Shown: in pieces, positions 1-12,880 of the stretch | Layout: the number at the start of each line of letters is the position of its first letter | Position numbering within the stretch: position 1 is the stretch's first letter | Assembly (NCBI RefSeq): GCF_044704955.1 | Contig: NC_091988.1 | Span: 160,146,001 to 160,210,000 of the forward strand | DNA length: 64,000 nt | DNA from: Pristiophorus japonicus | Taxonomy: Eukaryota | Direction of reading: 5' to 3' | The notes under the pieces: generated by a model | Database searches by the model: none | What the model was told of the DNA's origin: nothing | What the model saw: the letters and a program-made list of their open reading frames with translations, nothing else | Translations under genes and position numbers: made by a program

Positions 1-345
1 GTTACAGTCTGAAATTGTTGAACTCGATGCTGAGTCCAGGAGACTGTAAAGTGCCTAATTGAAAAACGTAAGCTGTTCCTAGAGCTTACGTTGAGCTTTG
101 TGGAACAGTGTAGGAGGCCAAGGACAGAGAGGTCAGAGTGGGAGCGGAGCAGAGAATTAAAATGGCGGGCGACCGAAAGCTCAGAGTCACACTTACGGAC
201 TGAATGGAGGTGTTCCACAAAGCGGTCACCCAATATGCTTTTGGTCTCCCCAAAGTAGAGGAGACCACATCGTGGGCAGGGAATACAGTTAAATACAAGA
301 AGAACGAGTAAATCGCTATTTCCCCTGGAAGGAGTGTTTGGTGTG
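1..345 (-). mobile_element. Decayed non-LTR retroelement fragment (clade uncertain, possibly Penelope-like or L2)
   Basis: Common repeat-type sequence with no intact ORF. Confidence 0.4.
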
Positions 346-1600
346 TTGGACGGCTTTGTGCTACTTTTATTTTCCTGCCCAGATCTCTCCCACTGGCTCA
401 TGAAGTTTAAAGTTCCCCACTTCGCATGTGTCCTGTCATGTGTGCATTTGGTTGCTGCTCTGGATACATCCCCATTCCCCCACCCCCCACCTCCATTCTT
501 TCTTTCAGCCATCCTTGGTATTGTTTTAATTTTTCCCTTTTGACTTTAAAAAATGGTTATGGTGCTTCAAGTCTTGTTGCAGAATGCCATTAGTCTTTTA
601 CACAGTGATGGACGCCACAGTAAGGATTATGCCACACCCTTGCCTTTTGCGATGCACCTTATTGGGAGGTAGTTGAAGGAAAATAATCACAAGCCCCCTT
701 GGCAACTGCCGACATCACTCGCCTCAGTCTCTCCTGAGCTATTAACAATTGCTTCCCTACAGAAGAGGGAATTCACCGCTCTCTTCAACCACCTTCCTTG
801 ATGACCGGGCATTCGTTCTAAGCCTCCTGGAATGAACAGAGAAGCCTTGCAGTCAAACCAGTACCCTCTTCCTATTCTCGCACATAAATACTTCGTACAC
901 ACACTTGTTTTCCCCATTCCTCCACGACTGTAAGCCACCACAGTGCCACCTCCTTAGCAGTTACTTCCAAAACAGGCTGCAGCTTAGGGTGTTACTGCCA
1001 CTTCAGCCATGACCTAGTAGCGTAACCTTATTCATGCGATGGAAGCTTTACCTAAGTGCAAAGACCAGCAACATGTAATTCATAGATTCACACAAACGTA
1101 CGTTAATTTAAGAACGCACCATTCTTCATCAGAAAGTGCCCAGATTAAAATCCAACCCCATTATCTGCAGAACAAATCCTTCTGACTCTCCTATGGTGAT
1201 TTAACTCTACCTTCTCCATTAATGGTATTGGTGCCTTTAAAGCCCAGGATGTTCTTGGTTTTCACTTGTTTTCATGGCTGCAGCCAATACTGCGCTCCCA
1301 AGTGTGTATGTGTGACAACTATTATATTTGAATTAGGCACTACAGCAAGTTCGGATGCAGAGCTCTGGGTCCCCAATGGAGCAACTTTCCAGTGTCTTTC
1401 ACACTAACTGCTACCAGAGAGTGAAAGAACAGCTCTATTCTGTCACAATGTCATTAAGCAACTCCCAATTAATGCTCAGATATTGTTAACAATTTTTTTA
1501 CTGTGCTTATGATAATTTAGATTCTGTCATGTTATGCTAAATATTGGTTACTTGTACTGTGATCACTGACACTGAGCCTTGTCATGATGTTTGCCAAAAT

Positions 1601-2339
1601 AGTCCAGAAATTGCTGGAGCAGTGCATCTCGCAAGGAGTGCCATGAATTGGATTTTTTAAACTCACCCTTCAAATGTTATTTTTGAGTTGCAAATAGCAG
1701 GAAATGTAAGTTAATAATGGCATGGTGACATCAACGGAGCATCTGGGATCTCGTGAACATCAGGTCTAATGGTCTATCTGTTTAACCAATTACATTTAAG
1801 GATAGAGAAAGAAACAGAGCGAATAACAAAGAAACAAATAGGGTGAATTAGAGTCAAATAAGATACAGAAAGAGAAATAAAGAGATGGAAAGGAAGGAAG
1901 AGGATTAAGAGAGAAAACATAGACAAAAAGGAAAAATAATATAGAAAAACCTCCAGGAACAAATTACTACCTGCAGGAGTGATACTCCAAACTTTCATTG
2001 TTCCCTTTCAGGGCCTTCTAGTTTGAATGGTATGTCAGGATCATAACTCACCTCAATAACCAGGTCCTTACGACATGAACTATCAGCCTTAAATGGCTGC
2101 AGCACAATTAGTTCGCATTAATGAGACAAATTCAGTAATTTCATGACACAATATGGGGAAGCTCACGATGAGATGGTAATTTTTTCCATTTTAATGAGGC
2201 TAACAGTGGATCGGCGTAAATCGTCCAGCAATTTGTGGCAAATCGGAACTCATTGCGTATTTTTTCTTCGCCACAAGTTGCTGTGCTTTTTACGCATTAA
2301 TAATGGTGCCACTGTTATTTTTCCAGCAATTTCTGGGCC
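1601..2339. mobile_element. Harbinger-type MITE
   Basis: TIRs (A/G)G(T/C)CCAGAAATTGCTGGA with AAT target duplication on both sides. Confidence 0.8.
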
Positions 2340-3207
2340 AATGTTACAGATGTAGTTAAATCAAATTGCTGGTTGAGATACATCTTTGTGTCTTATTCAG
2401 TCCTTAAACCTTTGATGAGCACTTCAGTCCATATTAAACCTTAGATCTGTGAGTGGCAGAACATTAGCTTGTTAACATTCACCTAATTAGTATATGCCAG
2501 ATAATTAAAATCAAGCTAAATTAGGCATCATATATTAAATGTTAGGAAAAACATAAATTCTACATATTGGAAAAGCGGGAATGTTTAGCTTAGACCACCT
2601 TGCTCATATCTGTTACACCTTGTGATTGCAATTACATATTTCCTACATACCGCTTGTCCAATTATGATTTTATTCTTATTTCTCCCACATTTGCTTTTCC
2701 AGAACAAGCAAGACCAGAAAAGTTACTATTTTTAGTGATTTGTGAATACCTTTTTCATAAAAATTGCTAGTTTTCATAGTACACTTTTAGATATGCAGGG
2801 TAGTAATACTGTATGACAGATTTGGATGACTCCCCTGCCCTTAGAAATCTATAAACTCATGTATTTGTCTCAACTTTTATAATATTGTGAAATTATTATG
2901 CTACTAAAGGCTGCTTGACTAATGAATGCTTCCATGGTGCTATGAGTTGTGTTAAATGTAAACATGACATCTAAACCATGATTCTAGGTACTTACTGAGT
3001 CTGTATTTTTATATTTTTTAGAATTTCCTGCTGTTTGCCACAGATCTCACCTACAATTGAATATCAAAGAATTTGCACACCAATGATTCAGTGGTCCCAA
3101 ACTGAAACATTCAGGAAGAAAATTATTATGCACATTTTTCTTTCCAAATGATGTTTGTCTAAAGCAATTGTCCTTGCATTTCATAATACTTTACATGTAA
3201 ACACAAT

Positions 3208-3945
3208 GGCCTGGAATTTGCGGTCAGCAGCGAAGCAAAGGTGTTGGCCCCGAAGTACGCTTCGCGCAAGGATCTCACAATCTCTGTGTCAAGAACTTCG
3301 GCTTTCCCGACCTTCAATTCAAATCAAAAGAGATTAGTGGGGATCCCCTAGTGCAAGCTGCTGTGACATCAACAGATTGTCTAAGCAGCCAATCAAAATG
3401 CAGAATTCTCACAGACAGCGAACAAGGAAGTGGGTAAGCTCTTAAAATTCTAACTTTTAAAAAATGTTGAAGAGAGCAAAACAAAGATTGGGGCTCTCAC
3501 ATGATGGACAAACTTTAAAAATATATATATATTTTTTAAAGGTACTTAAACATTTTAAATGTTTTATTAAAATGGACAAATTTCACACTGCACAGAATTA
3601 AAATTAGATTTTCAGCCTCTTAAACTTTGTTTAGCAGTCACTATGCTGTTAAAACCCCAGTTACACCAAATCCCTTTGGACCTAACTTTCAGTGGGGAAT
3701 TTAACAGCGTAATTACTGCTGAAGAGCCAAAGTTTACGTCAGTTTCCCTAATTTGGGTGATTTCACTGATTGTCGTCTCTCTCAGGGCGGGGGGCATAGC
3801 GCAGCCTGTGAATGACAGTCTGCAACTTCAGGATTTCTACAATAGCCTGTGCATGCTCCAAATCCCGAAGTTGCAGTCAGTTTCAAAGGCGTAATGACGG
3901 CGAATGCTGTTAGTTTGCTGTCAACCTGACTACAAATTCCGGGCC
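3208..3945. mobile_element. Harbinger-type MITE (family shared with 32490-33044)
   Basis: TIRs GGCCTGGAATTTGCGGTCAG / CTGACTACAAATTCCGGGCC, flanks AAT/ATT. Confidence 0.8.
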
Positions 3946-4869
3946 ATTAATGCTTTATATTATTTTACTACAATTACCAAGGTCCGAAGGCTGATAATAA
4001 ATGGATCTGTACAAGAAACTGATCAATATTCCACTTTTTAAAAGTACATAATAAAGGCTACAAATGTTTGCTTCTGTTTCTTTTATGTATTTGTTTACTT
4101 CTATTGCCTCAGTAAATTGAACACAATATCTTGTAGTCTCACTCAATCCTGTACCTATGTTTTCTTGCTGGATACTATTCGCTCCCCAAATCACGGAGGT
4201 TCAGTTGTCCTCAGTATATCATTTCATTTGTATCTGTCATTCTCCATCTCAGCGCTTTATTCCACATGCTTTGTGACCAGTCGTTCACATTGAGGAAGTA
4301 CAGGAAGAGACAATATTTGGCTGACTTTGATCATCGCAGCATATGAGAAGGTGAATTATTGATCATACATTTCATCTTCATGTACAAATATGGGGGGGAG
4401 GGGGAATCATGAGCGTTCTATTTGAGGTGACATTCCCAATATTCTGTGTAAAAGACTCCATGTAAAAGCACGTTTAATCTTTTCCGCCTAGTATTGGCTG
4501 CAGACTTTTATGATGTCTGATGCATCCGATGTAATTCATTCATCAGTTCTCTTTGGTTCAGCTTTATACTTAATCACAGTCACTATTGGCAACCAGGTAA
4601 TAGCAGCCAGCAAATAATTGTGCAGTGGAATTAGCCTTGGTCTTCTCAGTCTCACCCTCTTCTCAATACCATCTCCTAGTTTCAAGACCTTCAGGCCTTA
4701 TTGGGGGACAAAAGAAGAAATATTATGTCTCAGAATGAGGCCACATGCACAGTGTAGTGGAAGGCGGTTGTCTAGCTTGTGCTTGTAGTGAAATTCTTAG
4801 AAGACTATTCCCCTGTGGAATAATAGCATTATGCTATTGATGTGTAATGATTGAATTTATTTGTTCACA

Positions 4870-5520
4870 ATATATGGGCAATGCTGATAAAGCTTCATTT
4901 TAATTGTCCATCCCTAGTTTCCCTAAGAAAGTTGAGGTGTGCCTCCTCCTTGAACTGCTGCAGACTTTGTGATGTTGATGTTCCCACGATGATGTTGGGC
5001 AGGGAATTCCAGGATATTAATACAGCAAAAATGAAGGAATGGTAGTATATGCCCAAGTAAGGACTGTGTCTGCCTTGGAGGTGAAATTGGAGGTGATGGT
5101 GTTCCCATGATCTTACTGCTCCTGTCCTTCTTAGTGGTTGCAGGACTAGGAGGGGCTGTTGAGGTTAGCTTGGTAAGTTGCTGCAATGTATGCTGTAGAT
5201 AGTATGGCAACCAGAGTATGTCAGTGGTGGAGGTGGATGACTACAGAGTCCAGTGGTAGGGGCACCGATCAAGGGACTACTTGCGTGGATGGTATCACAC
5301 ATCTAGTGTTGTTGCAGCTTCCTGCATGAAGGTGAATGGTGAGTATTCCATGTAAGCTTTGTAGATGATGGAGCGGCTCGTGAGCCACTAATCAGAGTTC
5401 CCAGCCTTTGTCCTGCTCTTGTAGCCAGATTGTTGATAGAGTTGGTCCAGTAAAGCATCTGGTCAATGGTAATCCCCAGAATGTTGATCGTAGTGGAGGC
5501 TCAGCGATGGTGGTGCCAAC
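4870..5520 (-). mobile_element. Old 3' fragment of the LINE family seen at 16130-18690
   Basis: Degenerate similarity to 16180-16830 (cttgaac..cag, ttcccatg...ctgc..ctgtccttct). Confidence 0.7.
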
Positions 5521-5777
5521 GAACTAAAAATGCCCATCCTCTATATCTTCCATGCTTGCACAATCTGTCAAGGTATGAACATAAGTGCTGATGTATAAAA
5601 TAGTGGAGGAGCTTGACTCAGGCTCTCCCTTCACTCTTCCCACCCCAGGATAATCATCACTCTGCCATTAGGACAGTATTGCTGCAGGCCTGGGAGGAGG
5701 CAAAGGAAGAAGACTTGAGGGAGCAACTCGGTATTATCACCACTGTCAGTGACAAGCCTAATGTGAATGTTAACTGT

Positions 5778-6235
5778 GCCAGCTGTGGCTCAGTGGGTAG
5801 CACTGTCACCTCGGAGTCAGAAGGTTGTGGGTTCAAGACCCACTCCAGAGACTTGAACACAAAAAATCTCTTCAGTGCAGTGCTGAGGGAGTGCTGCACT
5901 GTCAGAGGTACTGCCTTTCAGATGAGACGTTAAACCGATGCCCCGTCTGCTCTCTCTAGTGGATATAAAAGATTCCATGGCATTATTTTGAAGAGCAGGA
6001 AAGTTATCCCCAGCGTCCTGGTCAATATTTATCCCTCAATCAGGATAGCAAAAAAACAGATTATCTGGTCATTATCACATTGCTGTTTGTGGGAGCTTAC
6101 TTGTGAGCAAATTGGCTGCCACGTTTCCTACATTACAACCGTGACTACACTCCAAAAATACTCCTTTGGCTGTAAAGCTCTTTGAGACATCCAGTGGCTG
6201 TGAAAGGCGCTATATAAATCCAACTCTTTTTTTTT
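5778..6235 (+). mobile_element. tRNA-derived DeuSINE (SacSINE1-like)
   Basis: A box tggctcagtggg, B box ggttcaag, Deu-domain-like gatgagacgttaaaccg..., L2-type tail ggcgctatataaat. Confidence 0.8.
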
Positions 6236-7672
6236 AACCACAGGGATCCTTGCAGCACAATCTGCACCTGGATGTCTGCTGATCTAGAGCCTGTATAGCC
6301 ACTTCCACACAGTCTCTGCCAGATTGCTGCGGATTGGAAGATATAGGTCTTCCTCTGATAGAACCTAGCTTACCTGCTGGCATCCCTACATTTTTTATCA
6401 CTTCTTCCTCTAAAAGACATAAATTAATTAGGAATCCCAATGGGAAAGCCACTATCCCAATATCTTGGTCACACAAAAATGGCAGCACCAAAACATTTGG
6501 CACAAAGCTTCCTCACTAAGTGGAAATTGAAAATAAATAAAAAAGTAAAAAAAAAATACATGACAACCTCAAAATGCTGCTACTTATTCTAACATTGTGC
6601 TCTTTAAATGTATTTCCAGAAACAGCACAACTAGCAGCCCCAGATCCTTAATTCATGACTGATTAATAATTGACACAAACATGGGAAATTATGCAAATAT
6701 CCAAGTAATATCATTGGAGCTAATTGTAATATAACGAATTACAAATTGATAAATTGATACCGGTCTAGCACAGATGCAAAACCTAACTGGAGAATTCAGT
6801 AAAATGGATCTCTTCCCATTTTTCCAATCGGTTACACCAACTTTATGGGAGCGAGATTGTCCCTTTTTGCGATGCCTGTTAGCACCTCCGGGGGGCGTTA
6901 ATGGGCCACAAAGCACTTTACACCTGGGGGCGCTACCGGATCTTGGGAAATTGCCCAGGATTTTACGGAGGCGCTGTCATGGCATCGCCACACCCCACGA
7001 GTAGCGACCCGGGCCACTGCACAACAGGGGGATATTGCCCCGCGAGGCTGGTGCGATGGGTGTCAGCACCAGCTTCACAGGTTGCGAATCAGGTTGACAT
7101 CCGCTCGCAGGGTGGAAGTTAAAGGGGAGGTCACCAGCACCCAGCAGCACCATCTTACTTGTTTTGCTGACTCTCAGGTTGGCTCTGTTGGTTCCCCCCT
7201 AGCATGGCCCAGGCCACCATCGTGTAGCCCGGCAATCCAGTTTGGATGCTGGGCTGCAGCCCAGGTACCACGCTGCCCTGGTGGTCTAATGGAGGCCTTA
7301 CAGAGTGCGTAGCGACCGTCCCCTTTAAGTGAAGGGGCGTTGAAACACATCAGCGCTACACGGAGCAACCGTGTAGTGCTCCCAATCGGTCTGTGTAGCC
7401 TGCCATATGTGGACATTTTGATCAGAAATATAGCTCAGAAAAGAATTAATAAGTGGTAAACTATAATGAGGATTTTGATTCGTAGGGTTTGAATAATGAG
7501 CTCAGACCTGCAATGTGTCTGCATCCCCATCCATCAGATATGTTTGTAAGTACCATATTGTAAGTGTGTGTCTAAGTACTATTGTATGTACTGTATGCTT
7601 AATAAGACTATGAATGCTTGACCTCCATGCTTCAAGAATCATTTTGATTTTGAGTAACAGATAGAACATCTT

Positions 7673-8416
7673 GGGGTAGAAATTCACCCCCGCCAGAAAC
7701 CTGGCGCACCTACTGTTTTCCAAATGTTTTTACCGTCGTGTCAGAAGAGGCGGACTGTTGATCCATTTTCAGCTCTTTGGCAATTTCTTTGGAGCAGACT
7801 GGAAGTCCATCATTATGGGGGCGAAAGTGCAGCGGTAAGTGCTGGTGAGAGGCGGAAGTAGGAGCGGGATGGAGTGTCCACCGCTGTCACTCAGTGGCGG
7901 AGTGGTGGAGGCGTTACTGCGCATGTGCGTCACCAAGTATTTCACCTCCGTTAAAGGGGAGAGAAGTAGCGATTGTTTAGGTTCGGCCCACTGGGCCACC
8001 AGGAAGGGTTTCGGCCAGGCCAGCGGCCTGGCACCCAAGAGGGGGGTGCCATGCTGCCTGTTGGTGGCCCAGCCAAACCCAGGGCCATAACTGTCTGGCC
8101 GATTGGGAAGTCGGCCGGCAAAAAGAAAAGAAAAGAAAAAGAAAAAGCTGTCGGGGGCACCGCGCGCCGAATTCTTTCACCTAAATTTCGCGGGGGGGGG
8201 CCATGGAGGTGAGGGAGATTGGCGGTGCGCGCTTTGATGACGTGCATAGGACGGTCAGCAGCAGCAGGGCAGAAGTGGGGACCGCCAGAAAATTCCCCGA
8301 GGTGAATTTCGATCGTAGCGGCCATTGGACCGGAAGTCGCAGCCGCTAGACTCCGCCGCCTGGCCGCCACTTTCTGGCGGTAAGTGGCCTTTTTGGGAGA
8401 CTAAATTTCGTCCGCC
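7673..8416. mobile_element. GC-rich Harbinger-type MITE
   Basis: GGGGTAGAAATT start, degenerate AAATTTCG...CC end, CpG-rich block in AT-rich DNA. Confidence 0.6.
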
Positions 8417-9674
8417 ATAAATCATAAATAAAAACCATCCTCTAACAATGAAAAGTTGGTTTCTTTATAAAATAGAATTATGTCAGGGATAAATATGTTT
8501 TCATTTATGTTTTGTGGCAATAAAGGCAGGCTAATATGTGACAAAGTGGGCAATGGTAGATTTCGAACAATTTGTGTTTATCTTCCCATCAGCATTCCAT
8601 GAGATGGTCTTCAGAATATTATGATTAACATTATAAAAAATCTGTGCTATTGTTTCCTTGATCACAACTGATTATCCCTGGCTTCAAAAAAAATTAAGAT
8701 TTTAAAACATGAGAATATTTCAATGCTGAACAGTTCAAGCATAGCCTTTAATATCTAATGAATGTCCATTTGGATGCATAAACAGCACAAGCATTTGGGA
8801 GCACACATTCTATTATGTACACCTTTATCTAAAAGATCGATCTCAAAACAGCATTCTGTTTACCATGTGATGAAATAAAGCTTGTCCATTTCATTCTAAG
8901 AAATTTGTCCATTCAAAAAACCATATGAAAAGCTGGAAGAAGTTTTACTGTTTGTTCATTCTTACCTTGATAAATCCAAAAATATAACCCTTTGTGGACT
9001 GTTTCCAGATGTTATAAGTCAATGTGCTGTGTACTAGTTGCTTAATATCTTTACTTCTTTAAATTAAATTTAAATAAATTTAATTAGTGGTGTTTAGCTG
9101 TACCAATGCCTTCAGTGTGATATTTTTCATCATTAGAGACAGAGACTGCAGTGAGAATACTGTGGGCCCGAAATTGGTCGTTGTATAAGGTATGCCCATT
9201 TCCCGACGGTATGCCGGCGGTGCGTCGTTTCAAACCGCCGGCATACCGCCGAGACCGAAGAGGACAAAAAATGTTTTGGCATTATGTCAGTTGTATGCCA
9301 ACGATCTGCAGTGGGCAGTAGGTAACATAGTAGTCGATCCAGATCGACTTTCTTTTCAATGGACGGTGTGGCACTGAACTGCGCATGCGTGATTTTTTCC
9401 CCTGTTTTTTTCACAGAAGCGTTTTACACGGGATTTCAGGGGTCACCCGGGCATGCGCAGTGAGGTGAAGAGGAGGGAGAGAGAATGAGAAGGAGCAGCA
9501 AGCTAGTCGACGGTCAGTTACTTTAAAACACATTGCAGAGTTAAAAAATATTCATAACAACTAATAATTCTATAGTTTGACATATTTTACAAAGCAAAAA
9601 GCATAACAATATAAATATAATGGAAATATTAATTTAAAAAGTCAAAGCGCAGGAACATTGAAAAGAACGGGAGG

Positions 9675-11314
9675 TTGAGGGCACCCGCCTTCGACGAGAC
9701 GGAGTTACCTGCCCTTCTCAAGAATATTACAGAGAGGTACACTGAGCTAACGAAGGTTGGTCATGGAAAGCCCCCCCCAAAGGAGTACAACAGGATATGG
9801 GACGAGATCGGAGAGGCTATGTACTCCACAAGTACCATGGTATGCACCGGGGAAAGTTGCCGTAAGAGGTGGAACGACCTGGTGAGGGTAGCAAAAGTAA
9901 TGATTTTATTTATGCACCCCCTACGTGCCATGTACCATGTAAATGTAGGTTCAGTGTCACACGGATGATGTTATTTATCTTAAGGTTTTGCCGATGTATT
10001 CGTGCTTTCAGGCAATGACAAGATGATCAACGCAGTGTTTTTTAATGTGTATGTGTGTGTGTGTGACCCTGTATGTCTGCGATGTTAAATGGATTGAATA
10101 TTTTTACTTTCATTTACTTTACTTTCTGCAGAAGAAGACATCTGCAAAAGCAGCTGATCAGCGGCTTATGGGGGAGGAAGAACCCACAACGCAAGAGCCA
10201 TTGACAGAGATAGAGATCCATGCCCTGTCGCTGGTCGGGGATAGCAACTGTGCCACTACCGGCATTGGAACTGACCCACTCACACAGGATGGTAAGTTGA
10301 ATACAATCCCCGGTCTGTGTTGCAGTTCTGTCATGTCAAGTAATGTAACTGTAACTGTAATGTTGGGCTCATGTAATGTAAGTTTGTTTCACTATAATGT
10401 TGGACTCATGTGATGTACTGCAATGTTGGGGGCATGTAACGCAATGCATATATGTATTGTCTATCTGCGATATGTAATGCAGTACTGCAACAGTGGTGGA
10501 CATTTAAGTAAGACTGCAATAAGTCACTGTACTATGTACTCATGTAACCCTGACCGTCCCCTGGTGACAAGCATTTTTAAATGTTGTTTTGTACTTCCAG
10601 ACTCGGACGATTCAGAACATACCAACACAGAGAGACCAGACGACAGATCCACTGCCTCCAACTCTGGCGTCACCCAGTCCTCTCCTGACTTCACCACTGT
10701 CAGAGATGATGAAAACGAAGAGGAAGAGGAAGAGCCACTCATCCTGGAGCCAGTGGAGGTGGAGGTGGGGGTGGAGATGGAGGAGGATACACCAGCTCCA
10801 TGTGGGCCAACTGGAACATCCTCCACCACCGAGTCTATATTCAGGGGATTCCCCCATGGCTCCTCTGATTCTGTGAGACCAAGTGCTGTGCAGCAATATA
10901 CCCCCAGTGTTGCAGCGACGGAGGTTGGTGCAGAAAAGGTCATTTGCTGCACGACAGATAGTCATGTACCAGGACATGGTGCGTCTGTGGCAGGCCAGCG
11001 TCGACATAGGTCGAGAGCTGCTCAAGGCCATGGCTACGATAGCCGCAAACATCGCAGCTCTATCAGAACGGCAGTCGGAGGATAGTGTCATGTCTGATCA
11101 CCGAGATGGAGCAGACCGCCGACCCCGTCGAAGCCATGTGGCAATCGACGGGATGGGACATGGCGCGGAATCCCCCCGTGCCATAGTAGTCAGGTCAAAA
11201 GCACCTGAGGGTGAGGAGCTGCCAGCAGCTTCCAGCCCTGAAGCCGTGCCTTCCACATCACGAGCTTCTCCTGAGGCCCCATTTATTGCGCCTGCAATGT
11301 CTGACCCCCAATAA
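9675..11314 (+). pseudogene. Harbinger Myb/SANT-like DNA-binding protein gene, 3 exons (about 9675-9896, 10132-10291, 10601-about 11314), frameshifted
   Basis: RAPAFDETEL..LL...WDEIGE...CRKRWNDL trihelix motif; splice phases 0 and 1 join correctly; acidic linker and coiled-coil tail. Confidence 0.8.
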
Positions 11315-11699
11315 CAGCAACAGCACTCAGGGTGCGGTGCTGCACGCCGGCTTTGTACCACCTCGGGCTCAGGGGCAGTGGGAAAGGGAAGGGCGGGAAT
11401 AAGAAAGGGGGGAATAGTCCCAAGGGTGGTGTAGCATGGGGTTGAAGTTGTGGTCGAGGACAGTAAAGGGTCTTTTGTTGTACTTGTTCATTGAATAATT
11501 GAAGTTTGAGAAAAGTTTATTCATGTTGTTAAAGTTTTGTTAAAGTTGTTATTAAAGTTGTTACAGTAGTTATATAGTTATAACTTTCACAAAGTTATAA
11601 AATTGTTGCATATTTTTGACATTTTGACATAAACGTTTAAATTGAATTTAAGCACTCGTGTACAGTGTCAAACTTTTGGGGTAACAGTCATCAGGGTCG

Positions 11700-12880
11700 C
11701 CAAACGCAGCTCTCCACATTCAAACAAAGCATTCATTTATGAGCTGCTGCCGTAACAATTTTGCAGTGGCATACGTTCCGCGCACCCTCTGCTGTGGTGT
11801 TGGGGGGGTGGTGCCATGGGTTCATCTGGAAGCTCCTCATCTTCCTCCCCCACATTTTCCTCTTCTTCCTCCTCTGTCTCCTGCACTCTCTCTCCAGGTG
11901 GTCCCGCAGTCAACCTGTGGCAATTCCTGTCCCTGCTTGATTGCTAAACTATGCAACATGCAGCACACCACTGTGAACTGAGCAACTGCTCAGGGTGGTA
12001 TTGCAGCCTGCCTCCCGAGTGGTCCAAGCATCGAAAGCGCTGCTTCAGCACTCCAATTGTCTTTTCGATAATATTGCTGTGGCTATATGGCTCTTATTAT
12101 ATCGTTGCTCGGCTTCTGTCTGAGAGTTCTGCAGGGGAATCAAGAGCCAGGTGGCGAGGCCGTACACTTTGTCCCCCAGCATCCAGCACTTACCTTGTGG
12201 CTTAGACTTCAACAGGTCAGACACAGTGCTCTCACTCAAGATGTGTGCATCATGGATGCTCCCTGGAAAGTTGGCATTCACTTCCATTACGTGCTGTGTA
12301 TGGTTGCATACGAGTTGCACCTTGAGGGAGTGAAATCCCTTGTGGTTTCGGTACACCTCCGCCTCATGTAATGGTGCTCGCAGGGCAATATGGGTACAGT
12401 CAACAGCACCCTGTACCTTGGGGAAGCCGGCAATGCATGCAAATCCCAAAGTCTGTGCCTCCCTGGTCATTGGGAAGTTTATAAATTCCATCCAGTGTGC
12501 ATACAGTGCTTCGGTTACCTGTCGAATGCACCGATGAGTAGCGTACTGAGAAATATAGCATATGTCCCCAGCTGATGACTGAAAAGAGCCACATGCATAA
12601 AAGGGAAAGTGCCGCAGTCACCTTCACCTCGACAGAGAGTGCAGTAATGTTGGTGGTACTGGGCTGCAGGTCTGCCTTAATGAGCTGGCAAATCTCATTG
12701 ATCACCTCTTTTCAGAAGTGCAGCCTTTAAACGCACTATCAATCAGTCAGGTCCAAGTATGAACGCTTCTCCCTGAAAAATTCTTTGCTGGTAAGGCCTC
12801 CTCCTTCTCATCAGTCTGCGACATCCTCCATTACCCTGATAACTCTGTTCAATAAACCTTCTCACATCTGGATCCTGCAG
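11700..12880 (-). pseudogene. Harbinger (HARBI1-like) DDE transposase of element A, decayed; N-terminal codons resume at about 15580-15625
   Basis: FPKVQGAVDCTHIAL, NHKGFHSLKVQLVC, FPGSIHDAHIL, MLGDKVY; stops and frameshifts. Confidence 0.9.

Noticed and set aside
5778-5850. tRNA gene
   Set aside because: The A/B boxes are a SINE head that continues into SINE body and tail; no cloverleaf.
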